DNA of 59,195 bases from Girardia tigrina (lineage: Eukaryota). The notes under the pieces are model-generated. The model saw nothing but the letters and a program-made list of their open reading frames with translations, was not told the DNA's origin and made no database searches. Each line of letters begins with the position of its first letter. The stretch's first letter is position 1. The DNA lies in contig MQRK01234068.1 in the NCBI GenBank assembly GCA_001938485.1, forward strand, positions 103,821 through 163,015, given 5' to 3'. Shown here piece by piece: positions 37,501 through 51,100 of this stretch. The position numbers were made by a program, and so were the translations under genes.

Positions 37501-40500
37501 TGACGAATAACTTTCAAAGACTAAATAAAATAAAAAATATCACCTTATAAAAGTCACATTACTCACCGGACTTAAATCTATGTCACAGATTTCTGCCTAG
37601 GAGCATAAAGCATCACTTAAAAAGTGTTCAGATATGGATAATCTTGATCCTTTACTTCTTCAAGAACAGATTGGAAAGTTAAAATTACATTATAGTAAAA
37701 TCATTGTGTTTCATGGTTGTTATAATGATTGTGAAAAATATAAATAATTGCTAAATATTCCTTATTTCTTCAAGAAAAAACTTTTGCGACAATCTAGTGT
37801 ATAAATTGTCACTCAATTTTGACTTCGTGAATGAAATCAGAAGAACAAAATGATTTTTTTTAAAAAGAAAGTAACTTATTTGGTTGACTTAAAAGTCATT
37901 GCGTTTTTGTAAAAGGTTTATCACATGATAAACTATTCTTTAACGACTGGTTAACTATACTTTCGAACGTACTTGAAAGGGATATTGACTTTTGGTTAGT
38001 GATTTCTTGGATAATATTTCCTTGCAATATAGAGATTTGCTCGTTAGATTAATGAAGGTTAAATAAACCTTTGAAAATACCGATTATTTAGGAATTGATA
38101 AACAAATGTTTATTCGGAGTTGAAGAAAAAGATAAATGATGTTGGTTTCTGTCTTTGGATTGACTGTTGGCAAAGATTAGTTTTTCTAATAATTTTTTTA
38201 ATTGATTTTTTAATACATAGTAATCTCATCGGATCCGAGAAATATATTTCTTTTTTATCTAAATAATTAATTTGTCTATCGATTAACTAATCAATATATT
38301 TTTTTAATATGCAGGGTGATCATAAAGTAACTACCGAGTTTTAAACTGCAATAAATTTTTTGGCAAAACATTATGAAAAAAATGGTTTTAAATGACAAAA
38401 AGCATTTATTAAAATTTAATAATATTCAACAGAATAACCATCGACACCAATACAATGTTTAAGACGTCCATGAAAAGACTTAATGGGCTAGGGTTATGGC
38501 ATTTCACCATCTATTTTTGCAACTTCTTGACAAATAAAATCTTTAAGTTGCTGAATTGTTTCTGGTTTTCTCTTATACACTTCCTTCTTCAAATACCCTC
38601 ACACAAAATAATCGAGTGGTGCCAAATCAGGTGACCTAGCCGGCTATACATATGGACCACATCGTCCCACCCAACGTTGTGGAAACGCTTCATACAGAAA
38701 TTGTCGTACAATCAGCGAATAATGGGTAGATGCTCCATCTTGCTGAAACACAGCTTTCCGTTTGCATCTTCTTGATAACGATGGCATAATTCAACTTTTT
38801 AACGTATCCAGATAATGCGCCGCTGTTATGTTTCTTTCAATAAAAAAGGGCCCACAAACACGAGTTGAAGACAATCCCATCCAAACATTAACTTTTTCAC
38901 TAGCCTGTGACCTCTGATATGTTTCGCTTGGTGTTTCAGTGCCCTAAATGCGACAGTTATGTTTGTTTACAATACCGTTAAGATGGAAAATTGACTCATC
39001 AGAGAATATCAGGTTACTAAGAAAATTTTCATCTGCATCTATCGATTGAATTAACGTTTCATACATAACACGTCTAAGAGCGCATACATATGGACCACAT
39101 CGTCCCACCCAACGTTGTGGAAACGCTTCATACAGAAATTGTCGTACAATCAGCGAATAATGGGTAGGTGCTCCATCTTGCTGAAACACAGCTTTCCGTT
39201 TGCATCTTCTTGATATCAGGTTACTAAGAAAATTTTCATCTGCATCTATCGATTGAATTAACGTTTCATACATAACACGTCTAAGAGCGCAATCTTCTTC
39301 ATACAAAAGTTGCGTGGCTTGAATTGTGTAGGGGAACATTTTAAAGTCGTTTCGTAATACTTTTTGAACAAATCCATAAGAGCAATTCAGAGTTGACAAC
39401 GATTTCGTGGTAGAAGACTGGGGTTCTTGCTTAAAATGTTCTGCTATCTCATTTTTCTTTTCATCATCAATTGGTGGTATTCCAGATTTTGGGGCATTTA
39501 GAACGCTTCCTGTTTCCTAAAACTTTTTGAAGATGCTTCTAATACTTTTTTCGGTTGGAATATTTTTCCCTTTAAGTCGTTAAGGTTCTCTTCTTACTAA
39601 AGTCACTGACTCATGCTTCGCAAATAAAATAACAATTTTTACATGGTGATTTACATTAATTTTGATTCTTACGCTTAAAACAATGACAATAATTATTACA
39701 TTTAAACAACATGTACTTTTAATTAAATTTTAAAGAATAAGCTTCAAGATGCCTTTATAATTAAAAAGAAATACAATATAATTCAAAAGTTATTGCATTT
39801 TAAAACCCGGTAGTTACTTTATGATCACCCTGTATATTAACATATTTAATTTAATTCAAATTAATATTATAAAAGCCCAAGTCACTCACTGCTTCACTAA
39901 CGCTGACGTAGTTACTAAGAATAGATTTTATTGATTATTCACTGTAGTGAGTGTTTTATTAGAATCTAGACATTTTTTAAATATTACAGTTATTGTTTCA
40001 ATTGGCAATAATAGATAATTATTTATTTAAAAGTATTATTTGTTGAAAAATAAATTTTATAGATTTGTAATTCGTTTTTACAAGCTGTGAAATTTTTGAA
40101 ATGATTTTATAATCAATAAAGAAATGATTGTATATTAATATATTTATTTATTAATATACAATCATTTCTTTATTGATTATAAAATCATTTCAAAANTTTA
40201 CCTTACAGCGTTAGTGAGGCAGTGAGGCAGGCAGTGAGTGACTTGGGCTTTTATAATATAAAAAAAATTGAACCCCCGGCAAGAGAGGGCCGCGAAGCGG
40301 GCCGAGCGCGCTAGTATAAATATAAATAAATAAACATAAAGATCCCTCATCCGTATGAGACTGCTAAAAGAATGTTTCGACGGATGGGACAGATTTAACT
40401 AAATATCATACTATAAAATAAGAAAAGTAAATAATATAAAAATATGTACTTAATTATATAAAGCATGTAAAAAGTGAAAGTAGTCATTGCATATAATTTT

Positions 40501-42049
40501 AAAATTAGTTAATTATTTTTTATAATTTTATGTTTACATAATAATAACTGTTAGGAAATTTGTTTGAATTATCATTATTAAAATTCAGATAAAACACTAA
40601 TTAGAATGATGATAAATAGTGAAAGAACGTCTGAGAATTATGATTACTCAAAATGTAATAGTAATAAATATTTGAAAAGTAATTGTGTCGGTTCTATTAA
40701 CAAAACGCATTTTCTTTAATTTCATGGGGTAAACGCATTTCGAGCTTACTAACGAATCCAAGTTTTCTAAATTATTTTACAACACTTTTTGATTTCTTTT
40801 GTCATCATACCTGAATAAGATTCGATCATGGTTGTTAATTTTATGCTATCAACTTTAGAGGGTCGATCAGACTGTAGTTCATCTTTCAGACCAAATTCTA
40901 CACAAGGAAATTAAGAGACTCCATTTTGAAACTTTGGAAATTTGAAGGAGTCCCTACCATATACAAAAAAATCTTCTTATGAAGTTGTACAGAGATGGGA
41001 AACACGACGAATATGGTTATGTTCATTCTCCATTTCGAATCCAGGAAAAAGTAATAAAAATTGCAGCAAAATCATTTGATACAAACATAGTCTGAAAAAT
41101 TAGATTTGAGAATTTATAATTGAATTTAAATTTTATCACACCTTTCCATATTTTCTAGCTTGTTTTTTGTGTTGGAAGTCATTTAAAGAAACTTGGATTC
41201 GTCAGTAAACTCGATATGTGGTTACCACATGAACTGAAAGAAATTCATTTGGTGAAACATATAGACATTTGCGATTACCTTTTGAAGCGAGAACAAAGTG
41301 ATCCATTTTTGAAACGCTTGATTACGGATGACGAAAAATGGATTGTTTACAACAATGTGGAACACCGACGATCATGGACAAAACGTGGTGAGCCTGCCAA
41401 AATGATCCCAAAAGCAGAAATTCACCAAAAGAAGGTTATGCTTTCCGTCTGGTGGGATTTTAAAGGAATTGTGTTTTTTAAACTCCTTCCGAGGAATGAA
41501 ACCATCAATTCAGACAGATATTATGGTCAGCTGGAGAAATTGGCTCATTCAATTCAACAGGAACGTCCTGAATTGGCAAATCGAAAAGGAGTTGTAATTC
41601 CACATGATAACGCAAGACCACATACAAGTTTGACAACTCGCCAGAAACTCTTATCACTGGGTTGGGAGGTTTTGCCGCACCCACCGTATTCTCCAGACTT
41701 AGCCCCATCGGATTTTCACTTACTTAGATCACTGCAGAATTTCTTGAACAGAAAAACATTAGCCAGTGATGATGACATCAAATCATTCCTAGACGGCTTT
41801 TTTGCTGACAAAGGCAAAGGTTTTTATGAATCAGGAATAATAAAGCTACCGGAAAGGTGGAAGAAAGTGATTGAAAATAATGGACAGTATATCGTGTAAA
41901 AATATTTGTGCATCCATGTCATTTTTTGATAATAAATATTTTAGTAAAAAACACAATGACTTTTTGACAAACCCAATATTTTATTCAATGAATTCGTTTA
42001 TTTATTAATAACGTATAAAATGATAACGATAACACCTTTCTAATAAATG

Positions 42050-42087
<38 letters not shown>

Positions 42088-42137
42088 NNNNNNNNNNNNN
42101 NNNNNNNNNNNNNNNNNNNNNNNNNNNNNNNNNNNNN

Positions 42138-42175
<38 letters not shown>

Positions 42176-45100
42176 CAGATTTTTGTTCTGCACTTAATTT
42201 TACAGATTTATCAACCCTGCATTTGAAGCAGCAAATCCTTTAATCTTAAGATTTGTCGCAATTTTCAAAGCACAATTTTTAAAGTTAGTTCCATTTATTG
42301 GTTTGGCAGATTCCCTCAATTTTCTATAAAACTGAAAAACCATTCCATCAATTTCGTTATAAATTTCTGATTTATGTGAAACTTCTTTAATATTTTTTTC
42401 TGATTGTCTGTATTCTTGAAAAAATATACATGGAGAAAGGCATTTTTTCTACTATATCAGTGATTAAATTTGCACCGTGTTAGAACACAAGAATAATTTA
42501 TAAAGATTTATTTATATCAAAATTCAAAATTGTATACAACACTCCGTTATTAAAACAACACACCATAAATTAATTTAATATTTAATTAAATTAATTTCGA
42601 GAGACTTCAGAAAATTCTAGAACCGATTGTTAATATTGATTTTAATAGATAAGATAAATTATAATAAAGATAATTCCTTACATTCCCCCTCGTTTGAAAA
42701 GTTTTAGACATTCCACATTTCTTCTAATTCTTCTACCGTCTTCACTTTTCAGTTCGTAACTACGATTATGGACCTTATTAATAATTTTAAGCGGTCCTTC
42801 ATATCGGTATGCTTGTTTGGATATGTTCTCTTGCTATACTAGAACTTCATCACCAACTTCAAAGTTTCGGTTGCCTCTATGAGCGGTGCTATAAGTGACT
42901 TTATCCTGATTTATACGTGCTTTCTCAAAGAGATCTTTTTTTTTCTTGTTTATGACTTGCGTTACACCACTGCCGATTTATTTTGAATCCAAAAATGATT
43001 TAAGCTGGGCTCATCTGTATTGCTTTTTGAGTTGTGGCATTCAAACTAAACTCAATTTCCGATAGTAAATCAACCCAATTTTTGTCGCTCTTTAACTAAT
43101 GTTGCATTCATAAAGTCCCTTATGGTTCGGAATTGTCTTTCCACCAGTCCGTTAGTGTTATGGTGGTAAGGACTTGAAAACTGTAATTTTATATTATACT
43201 TCTGTCCCATTAATTTCATCAAGTTAGATCCGAAACTTTTACCACAATCGACGTGAATTATTCTTGGTGCAACAAACTTCAGTATCCAGTTTTTTACTAT
43301 TGTTTTTAATGTCGTTTCTTTTTTAATGTATTAACAAAGTTTTAATATAAATTAAATATAAAAATATTCAAATAAAATTTCAATTTATTGTAAATCAAAT
43401 TAAAACAGACTAATTTAAATATCACCAAAAAGGGGTTTTGAAATTTGTAATTACAGAAATGTTTAATTATATAACAAATGATAATAAAATAAAATATAAG
43501 AATCAAATAATTTTTCATTTATATATTTAAAACTATTATTAATCATATTTATTTTACTTGTTGAAGTCGTCGTTGAACTCGAAGTAGAAGAAGATGCGGC
43601 ACTCGCATTTTGGGTGACACTACTTGACGATGTAACTAAAATAAAAAAGTTTAATGTTTTAAAAATATAAATTAAATAGGTTAGGTTTCTATCATATATT
43701 TATGATATGCTGCACATTAAGGTGCCAACTGGCCTTTCGGGTGTCCCAGTCAAAGTTTGAGGATATTGTGGTTCCTTTTTTCCCTACCATGCTTTTCCCA
43801 ATGACTTATGAGGAAATAAACGAATTTGATTTCAAATGTGCAACGTATTTGAATACACTTCTTTTTACAAATAGAAAATGCTTTTGGGCAAACATAAAAG
43901 GTTTGTTTTTTATTTTTTGTTTTAAATTTTTGATGATTTTTTAAAAACTTTAAGCATGACAGTCCAAAAATGCAAATAGACTGAGACATATGTAAAATAT
44001 GTATTTGGATTTATTTTTGGTAGAAACATGATGCGGAAGCATCAATACTCATTATGTGCGCAAAGGTTCTTGTTCCAGATTTGAATTAATAAAAAAATAA
44101 GAAATAATTAACATTGAAATTGGAATTTTGCATTCCAATTCATTAAAATTATATGATATATTTATATAGATATATGTATATATTTTATATTAAAAATTTA
44201 AAATTGGTTTAAAATTCGTTTTGTTTAAACGAATTAATTTATGTTAGTTTTTTGATAACCAATAAAGAAAATCGATTGCCTTGTTTAATTGTCTAATTTA
44301 ATTGTCTAAATGGCTAATTTAAAACAACAGATAATTTTACCTTTTGACTCTATTTTTAACGTGGATAATTTTATAAAGACAAGTGGAGGCATTCACGATC
44401 ATTGGAATGAATTTATGCGATATTTACAAAANNNNNNNNNNNNNNNNNNNNNNNNNNNNNNNNNNNNNNNNGATCCTGATGAACCAAACAGAGAAACGGC
44501 AAATTATTTGGTGTCAAAATTTCTGAAAGTGAATTCGAATCTTGGGAAACTGTTTCGACCAGATTATCTCATCGGTGGTTCCTCAAGGACTTCTTTTAAT
44601 TGTGAAAGATATACGGCCCTCTTCAGGGCCATAAATCGTGATTGGAAAGTAGAGACGGAATGGATAAAAACAGTTCTCAACGATTATTTTGAAACTTTCC
44701 AGACTAAAAATATGAGTACTAAATTAGCTTGCCTCCTACAAGTTATTTTGGATTTATTTGATAGAAAACTTTACCATTTGAATTGGATTGAAACGATTCT
44801 GACACTACCAATTCTGACTACGAAACCATTATATTACACAATGTTAATTTTACACTTAAACTTGATTTATGCGGTCCATTTTAATGCAATTATTTATTTT
44901 GCGATCTTATTCATAATTTTTGAGTATGATATCACACAAAAAATAACTCAAAAATTTCGCAAAAATAAAAATCGCATTAAAAAGAATCGCATAAAAACAG
45001 GTTTGAGTGTATTTTCATTTTTCTGTGTATATAATTGTCCAATGTTACCCCTAATGATTATAAGCTTGTTTGTGTTCGTATTGTCCTCCAAGCACTCTCT

Positions 45101-48100
45101 AACCTTGATCAGCCATTTCAAAATCAAGAGATCCAAACTATATGAACTAGGCTTTACATCGTATTTCCTCTATACTTTTCTTCACAAAATCTCTATGGCT
45201 TTATATAGCAATCTATTGGTTTACCCAAAAAACATTTTGATATATTTTCTTTTTTTAGTGACAAGAATTACAAAAAATGATTTTATTTCAATTTCCAATC
45301 CGTTAGTAAATTTTATATTATGGAAGATATTATTCAGGAATTTTAAGAGTGACTTTTTCGTGGGTAAATTTAGGAATAACAAAAAGATATCATCTACTTA
45401 TTTCTTATATAAGATGTTTTTCAATAGTGCACTTATGGATATGATCTTCAATAGACTTTCAAAAAAACATTGTCTTTCTGAATTTACCATTCCACATAAA
45501 AATAAATGGTACATTTTACTACAAATTTAAGAAATTCTTCCAAAATCTTCTTGTCATTAATCTTAGTAACAGACTTAATATTTTTTCACAAAGATCTTTT
45601 ATTTTTCCATAGTAACATTCTTGAATAAACTGAAGATTTCAAAGGAGACCATACTGTTAGAACCACATTTTGGTATTTGCTATCCATGATTGAAAATTCA
45701 TTGGAAATGAAGGTACTCGATAGTGAATCAAATGTGAGGTTCAATGTCTTTCGAACTTTATTTCGAACTTTACTCCTAATAAATCTTATTCTTCTTAAGG
45801 TTGTGGTTATTTACTGTTTATAAATAAATGAAATATAAATCAAACAAATAGTATGTAATAACTTTTATTTATAATGACAATCACAAAGTCTATTACATAG
45901 AAATCCTATGTGGTTTTTGTGTAACGGAACAATTAAGAACAACAGTATCTATGATGACCCACAAAGGTCGACTGAAGAGGGCTTACAAAAAGAATATGTT
46001 AATCACACCAGTTCTCAAAATTTGGTCGCTTGACTAAACCTCAAATATCGAAGGATTGTCAAAAAATAAAGATTTTAATTTTAAAATTCCTTTCTAATAA
46101 TTCAAAAGATTAACTATTCATTATTAGGTCATTGTGAAGGCGATTTGTATTAATAGATAATTATTTTAACTAAGATTTTAAATAATTAAACGTTTATAAT
46201 TATATTAATATATCGCCAGTTATGAAGTTTGAAGAATTTAAATCAAAGTGTATTGATAATATACAATAAAAATATTTATGTCATTTATCAAAGTATGCAC
46301 CCATATTATTGGCACACTTTTCGTCGTTTGAGCGGCAGTTTGTTAATGCCATCAAATAAAAATTTGGAGTTCGATAATTTATTAATTCCTGGAAGTCCAT
46401 TTTTACGACATTTTTGAAATTTGATTTTTTCCTATCAAAACGTTGTTTAAATTGTGGGAGAAATGGTAATAAGATTAGGCTGTATCAGGTGAGTATAGAG
46501 GAACCAATGCACTCCATACTAAAAATGGAGAAATCCAACAGCATGGATGAGTCCCAGGGGAAAGACAATCCGGTTGTTTCAAACGAGTTAATCAATTCAT
46601 TCTCAAACAGAGTTCAGCAACTCAAAAATGAGGACAACTACTTCTCCTCTGATGAAGACTCATCATAGGCGGAAGTATAAGATATACGATATAAGGTGTA
46701 TAAGTTGGCGGAAGCGATCACTCAAACTAGTTTTTTCTGGAGAATGCCACAGGAAAAGAACACGGTAAAACAAGTAAACAGCTCACTAACCGTTTGGATT
46801 TATATAGAACAAACCGGGTACTTTTGCTCATAGCTAAAAAAAGCAAACCAAGTTGCGCTAGCTTGGCCACGGTCTTAAGTTGCAGTTTATAATTTTGGAT
46901 TATTGTGGAGCAAGATAAGAGTCGACCAAATGCGGCTGTTTTTCATTGACTTTTCACGCCATATCTTACAGTTGGTTGTAATAGATATATGATGTGATCG
47001 ACGAACCAGGTTTCATGAAGTCCTAATAAATTAAACCTACAGCAGAAAATTAAACACTCCCATTAGCTTCTTTTGATGAATGTTGTGCTTTGCACTGTGT
47101 TTTAATGCTTCATTCGTGTCCACCCTGCTCACTGAATGTTTGCAATTATCATATTGGTTTCAAATTTTATCATAAGTAAATATTCGATTCAAAATGTGAC
47201 CATATTTATAACAAGAAAGCATCATCAAGCAAGCATCCAAAAGCTCTTGTTTCTGCTTTTCATGCAATTCACGTGGAATCCCATTATCCAACATTTTCAT
47301 TTAACCATTTTGAGCCAAATGATTCAATATTGTTTGCTTTGTAACGGAAAATGTTATCCATAAATCATGAGCACTTTATCATGGATTCGACTGCATGATT
47401 ACCTTCAGTTCGTCATTGTCTATCTTAGCGACCCCAAGACTCATTATTGAGGTTAAAATTACCTTTCACAAATTTACTGAACCAGTTTGAGACTGCCTGG
47501 TGCGCAGTTGAATTGTATCCAATTACACTATTCATGTTTCACATAGTTTCTGATAAAGATGTTCCACGCAGGAACTCGTACTTTATAACAGTTCGAATGT
47601 CTGCATTTTCAAATTTTTACAAAAGTGATTATTTGAACTAGTTATCAAAACTTTTAATATATTTTATGGATATGTTCAATAGCCAAGATTTGTAGCAATC
47701 AAACCAAAAAATGGAGTAGAAAGATGCCACGCGAGGATCAAAAGATAACTATTTCATTTATTGTAATCATGCTTACAAATTTCATACTTGATAACCTAAT
47801 AACATAACAATAGTTAAAAATATATTCTGATCTAAATCAAACCTATAAATGTATTAATTTTTACTAAAAATTTATAATTTATAAAAATATTTTTTTATTT
47901 TATTACTAACTTTATAAAATTCAAATATGTTATTAATAAAATAAAATTTTATAATTATAATTTTTTACGCTGACAAAAAGAAATTGAAATATTTTTAGTA
48001 ACATTACATATTTTTTAATATTTTTGTATATTAAATTTTTTGTTTTAATTAGCAATTTAATCTTTTTTAAGTTCTAAATAACATTCAATCAGACATATAA

Positions 48101-51100
48101 ATACAAAAATTTTTAAAAACATTAATAAAATAAAATAAAGTCAAATAAAACAAGATAAGATACAATTAAGTAAAAAGTTTGAGGACGAACCTCATTTCAA
48201 AGGGTAAATAGGCGATTCGCCTAATAGACGTTTCACCTAAATGACAGTTAGTTAGGGTTAGGGTAACCTAAATTTATTTAGAATCAAGTAAACCAGATTT
48301 CTTCAATAATACTAATAATAATAGTAATAATAATAGTTATAATAACTGTAATAGATAATAATAGATAATAATGATAACAATAATAAGAGTACAATTATCA
48401 TGAAAGGTACAATTTCCTTGTTGATCTGTACAACGGAATTTAATTTGTGATTTCCAAAAGGAAAATTTATTAATTATGCTCTTTTATTTTAAAAATGTGC
48501 ATTTCATTAGGTAAAATAACAATTAGGTAAAACTTCATTTAGGTGAAACGTCAATTAGGTGAACCGCCTATAAATCATTTCAAAGACATTTACAACTTTG
48601 CACTGCACAGTATCAATCACTGAGAACTAAATGTAGTTATAAAATGATTTATGTATTTAATTAACACTAATAAACTTAGCTTATTCTGAACCATAATATC
48701 CAATCAGTCTCAAATTTATTATTGATTCTTTTATTCTTAAGTAGACACTTAAGTAGATCATTTAATTTAGTTTTATACTTTGCATTTTGACATTTTACTC
48801 TTTTTTTAAGACTTAATTTGTTGATCTAATCTATACCTACTATGTCATTTATTTTATTAAATAAATGAATTAAAATGAAAAAAATTTATCAAATGTATAA
48901 CTATTTGATAATGATAAAAAAAATTTAAAATTAGTAAAATTTGAAGAAATGATTAAATATTTAATAATGATACATAGTTAATTATGCGTTATGATTGTTA
49001 GATGTTGTTTGATCATCCTCAGAATTATTATTAAAATTCAACCCCGACATAAAATCCAAATTTATTAAATTACGTTTTCCAAAAAAATGATTAAACATCA
49101 ATATTTAAACAAACTTTTGAGAAACAACTCTTTTTATAAATCTTTACTTATCAAATTTTATTAAAGGTGAAATTATTTCATAATGGTAATGGAAATTCAA
49201 AGGTGTAAAACTTTAATTTATGAAATGAAAATAAAATCAAATATTAATACTGTGAGGAATATTTTAAATTGTTTGAATGTGTAAATGTATGGATGATGTC
49301 TGTTGATTTAAGTATGTTGAATTTAGAATGGTGATTCTCCCACCCAGATGGAAATTGGTATTTTTTATTTAAATTTAAAGTGATTGACTATTCGAACACA
49401 ATTAAAATTAAGTTTAATATTTTTTTAATAAAATTTAAATTAAATGCATTTTTAATAATTTGAGGATATTTTTATTATTTTAAGATTTATTGAAAAATGG
49501 TAAAAATTATTATTTTTTTAATTAATATTTTTAGAGGCTAAATATTTTAAAAAATAACTTAGAAAAATTGTTCAAATAATCATGATTAAAAACAGAAATA
49601 AGAAAACCAATTAGAACGATGACAAACGATGAAAGACTTTCTGAGTGTCATAATGACTCAAATGTGATTGTAATAAACATTTAAACGAGACTTGTTTAAA
49701 TGTTCTTAATAAATACAACAAGGATTTTTATTTAAACCTACTAAAGATTTATAAAAAGAGTTACTTCTCAAAAGTTTGTTTAAATATTGATGTTTAATCA
49801 TTTTTTGGAAAACGTAATTTAATAAATTTAGATTTTATGTCGGGGTTGAATTTTAATAATAATTCTGAGGATGATCAAACAACATCTAACAATCATAACG
49901 CATAATTAACTATGTATCATTCAGAGTCTAAATGGCGTCAAATGCGTTGAAATTTCTTGGAAAATCAAGCTCCAAAAAGAAGAGAACTAAAATATCCCAT
50001 AAAAAATAGCTGATAATGAACTTTTTTCTAAACCCGAGGTGTAATCCTTGTCAATTTTGGCTGAAAGAAAGACATAGGTATTTCCATGTCGTTTCTCTAG
50101 GACTGCTCACCAATCCATAATCCTGCAGAAAGTGAATTTGACCTAGTTACCAATCCTCCCTACAGTTCAGACATTGTCCATAGATCTTTAACTCTTCAGG
50201 TATATGAAAATTTTCTTGACAAACAGTTAACAAATGCTATAGATCTCATGGTAAAGGTAGATATTTTCCTGCGTGATGAGTTAGTGAATTTCTTCAAAAA
50301 TGCATTCTTTGTACTGATGCAACGCTGGAACAATGCGTGAATGTGTTTCTATTTAATTTCATTCCTAATTATTGCTATAAATGTTTGGGTACAGCCAGTG
50401 GTTTGCAAATACTATGTAAAGCATCAACTTACTACAGGAAATATCGCATGCTAACAGTGTTTTTGGATTTCCATGGCATCGTTTCAAAAGATTTTGCTGA
50501 TCTGAATTTTTTTCTGATATAAATGTGAAAATTTACTCCTGTTACTATGTCGAGCAAGTTCAGAAAGCTAAGAAGTCCAGAAGAAACTCTTGCAAAAAAT
50601 CTCTATTTTCTTCAGGATAATGCCGAAATACGCATAAGTGCATTCTGTACAAGCGGTATCGTGATTGTGGATTTCCACACCCTCCCTTTTCCCCAGACTG
50701 ATTAAGCTCCAACTGATTTTTATTTGTTCATCCATCTCAAGAAACACCTACGAGATAGACATGTCACCTCAAAAGTAGAATTATAAAAGGTGGTGCAAGA
50801 ATTCCTGCAGAATCGACCCGCTACTTTCTTCTTGGAGGTGGTAAGACTCTGGAAAAAGTGTATCCAGAATGTTGGATCTTTTATTAAAAAATAAATAATG
50901 ATTGTTGCCAAGTATTCATGTGTCCCGTTCTTTCTACTTTATTCCTGACATTCCATGAATACACCAAGTATTTTAAAGTAAAAAGACAGAATATAACTTT
51001 GAATTCAAATCGATTTCGAGGATCTAAGAGAAGATAAAAAGCAAGATTTGGAGGTTTTGTTTAAAATTTCTTTAAAAAATAAGTAGTTAATTTAATTCAT

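Noticed and set aside
37567-37596. Candidate exon with a strong GTGAG donor upstream of SEA exon 1
   Set aside because: Stop in phase 1; the alternative acceptor gives a phase incompatible with the next exon.
44472-44640. VSKFL...G...RP...IGGS resemblance to a paired domain
   Set aside because: Spacing is off, the rest of the domain is absent, and it abuts a gap; too weak to call.
44310-45530. 406-aa + strand ORF that looks like a membrane protein
   Set aside because: It spans an N-gap, and most of it is the antisense of a decayed Penelope-like RT; the hydrophobicity reflects T-rich codons.
45949-45972. Hammerhead-like ctatgatgacc-cacaaa-ggtcga next to the Penelope remnant
   Set aside because: Core CUGAnGA and GAAA are both broken, and stems I and III are not evident.
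48594-48626. 33-nt GT-AG bounded candidate mucin microexon
   Set aside because: Contains TGA in phase 1 and is not S/T-rich.
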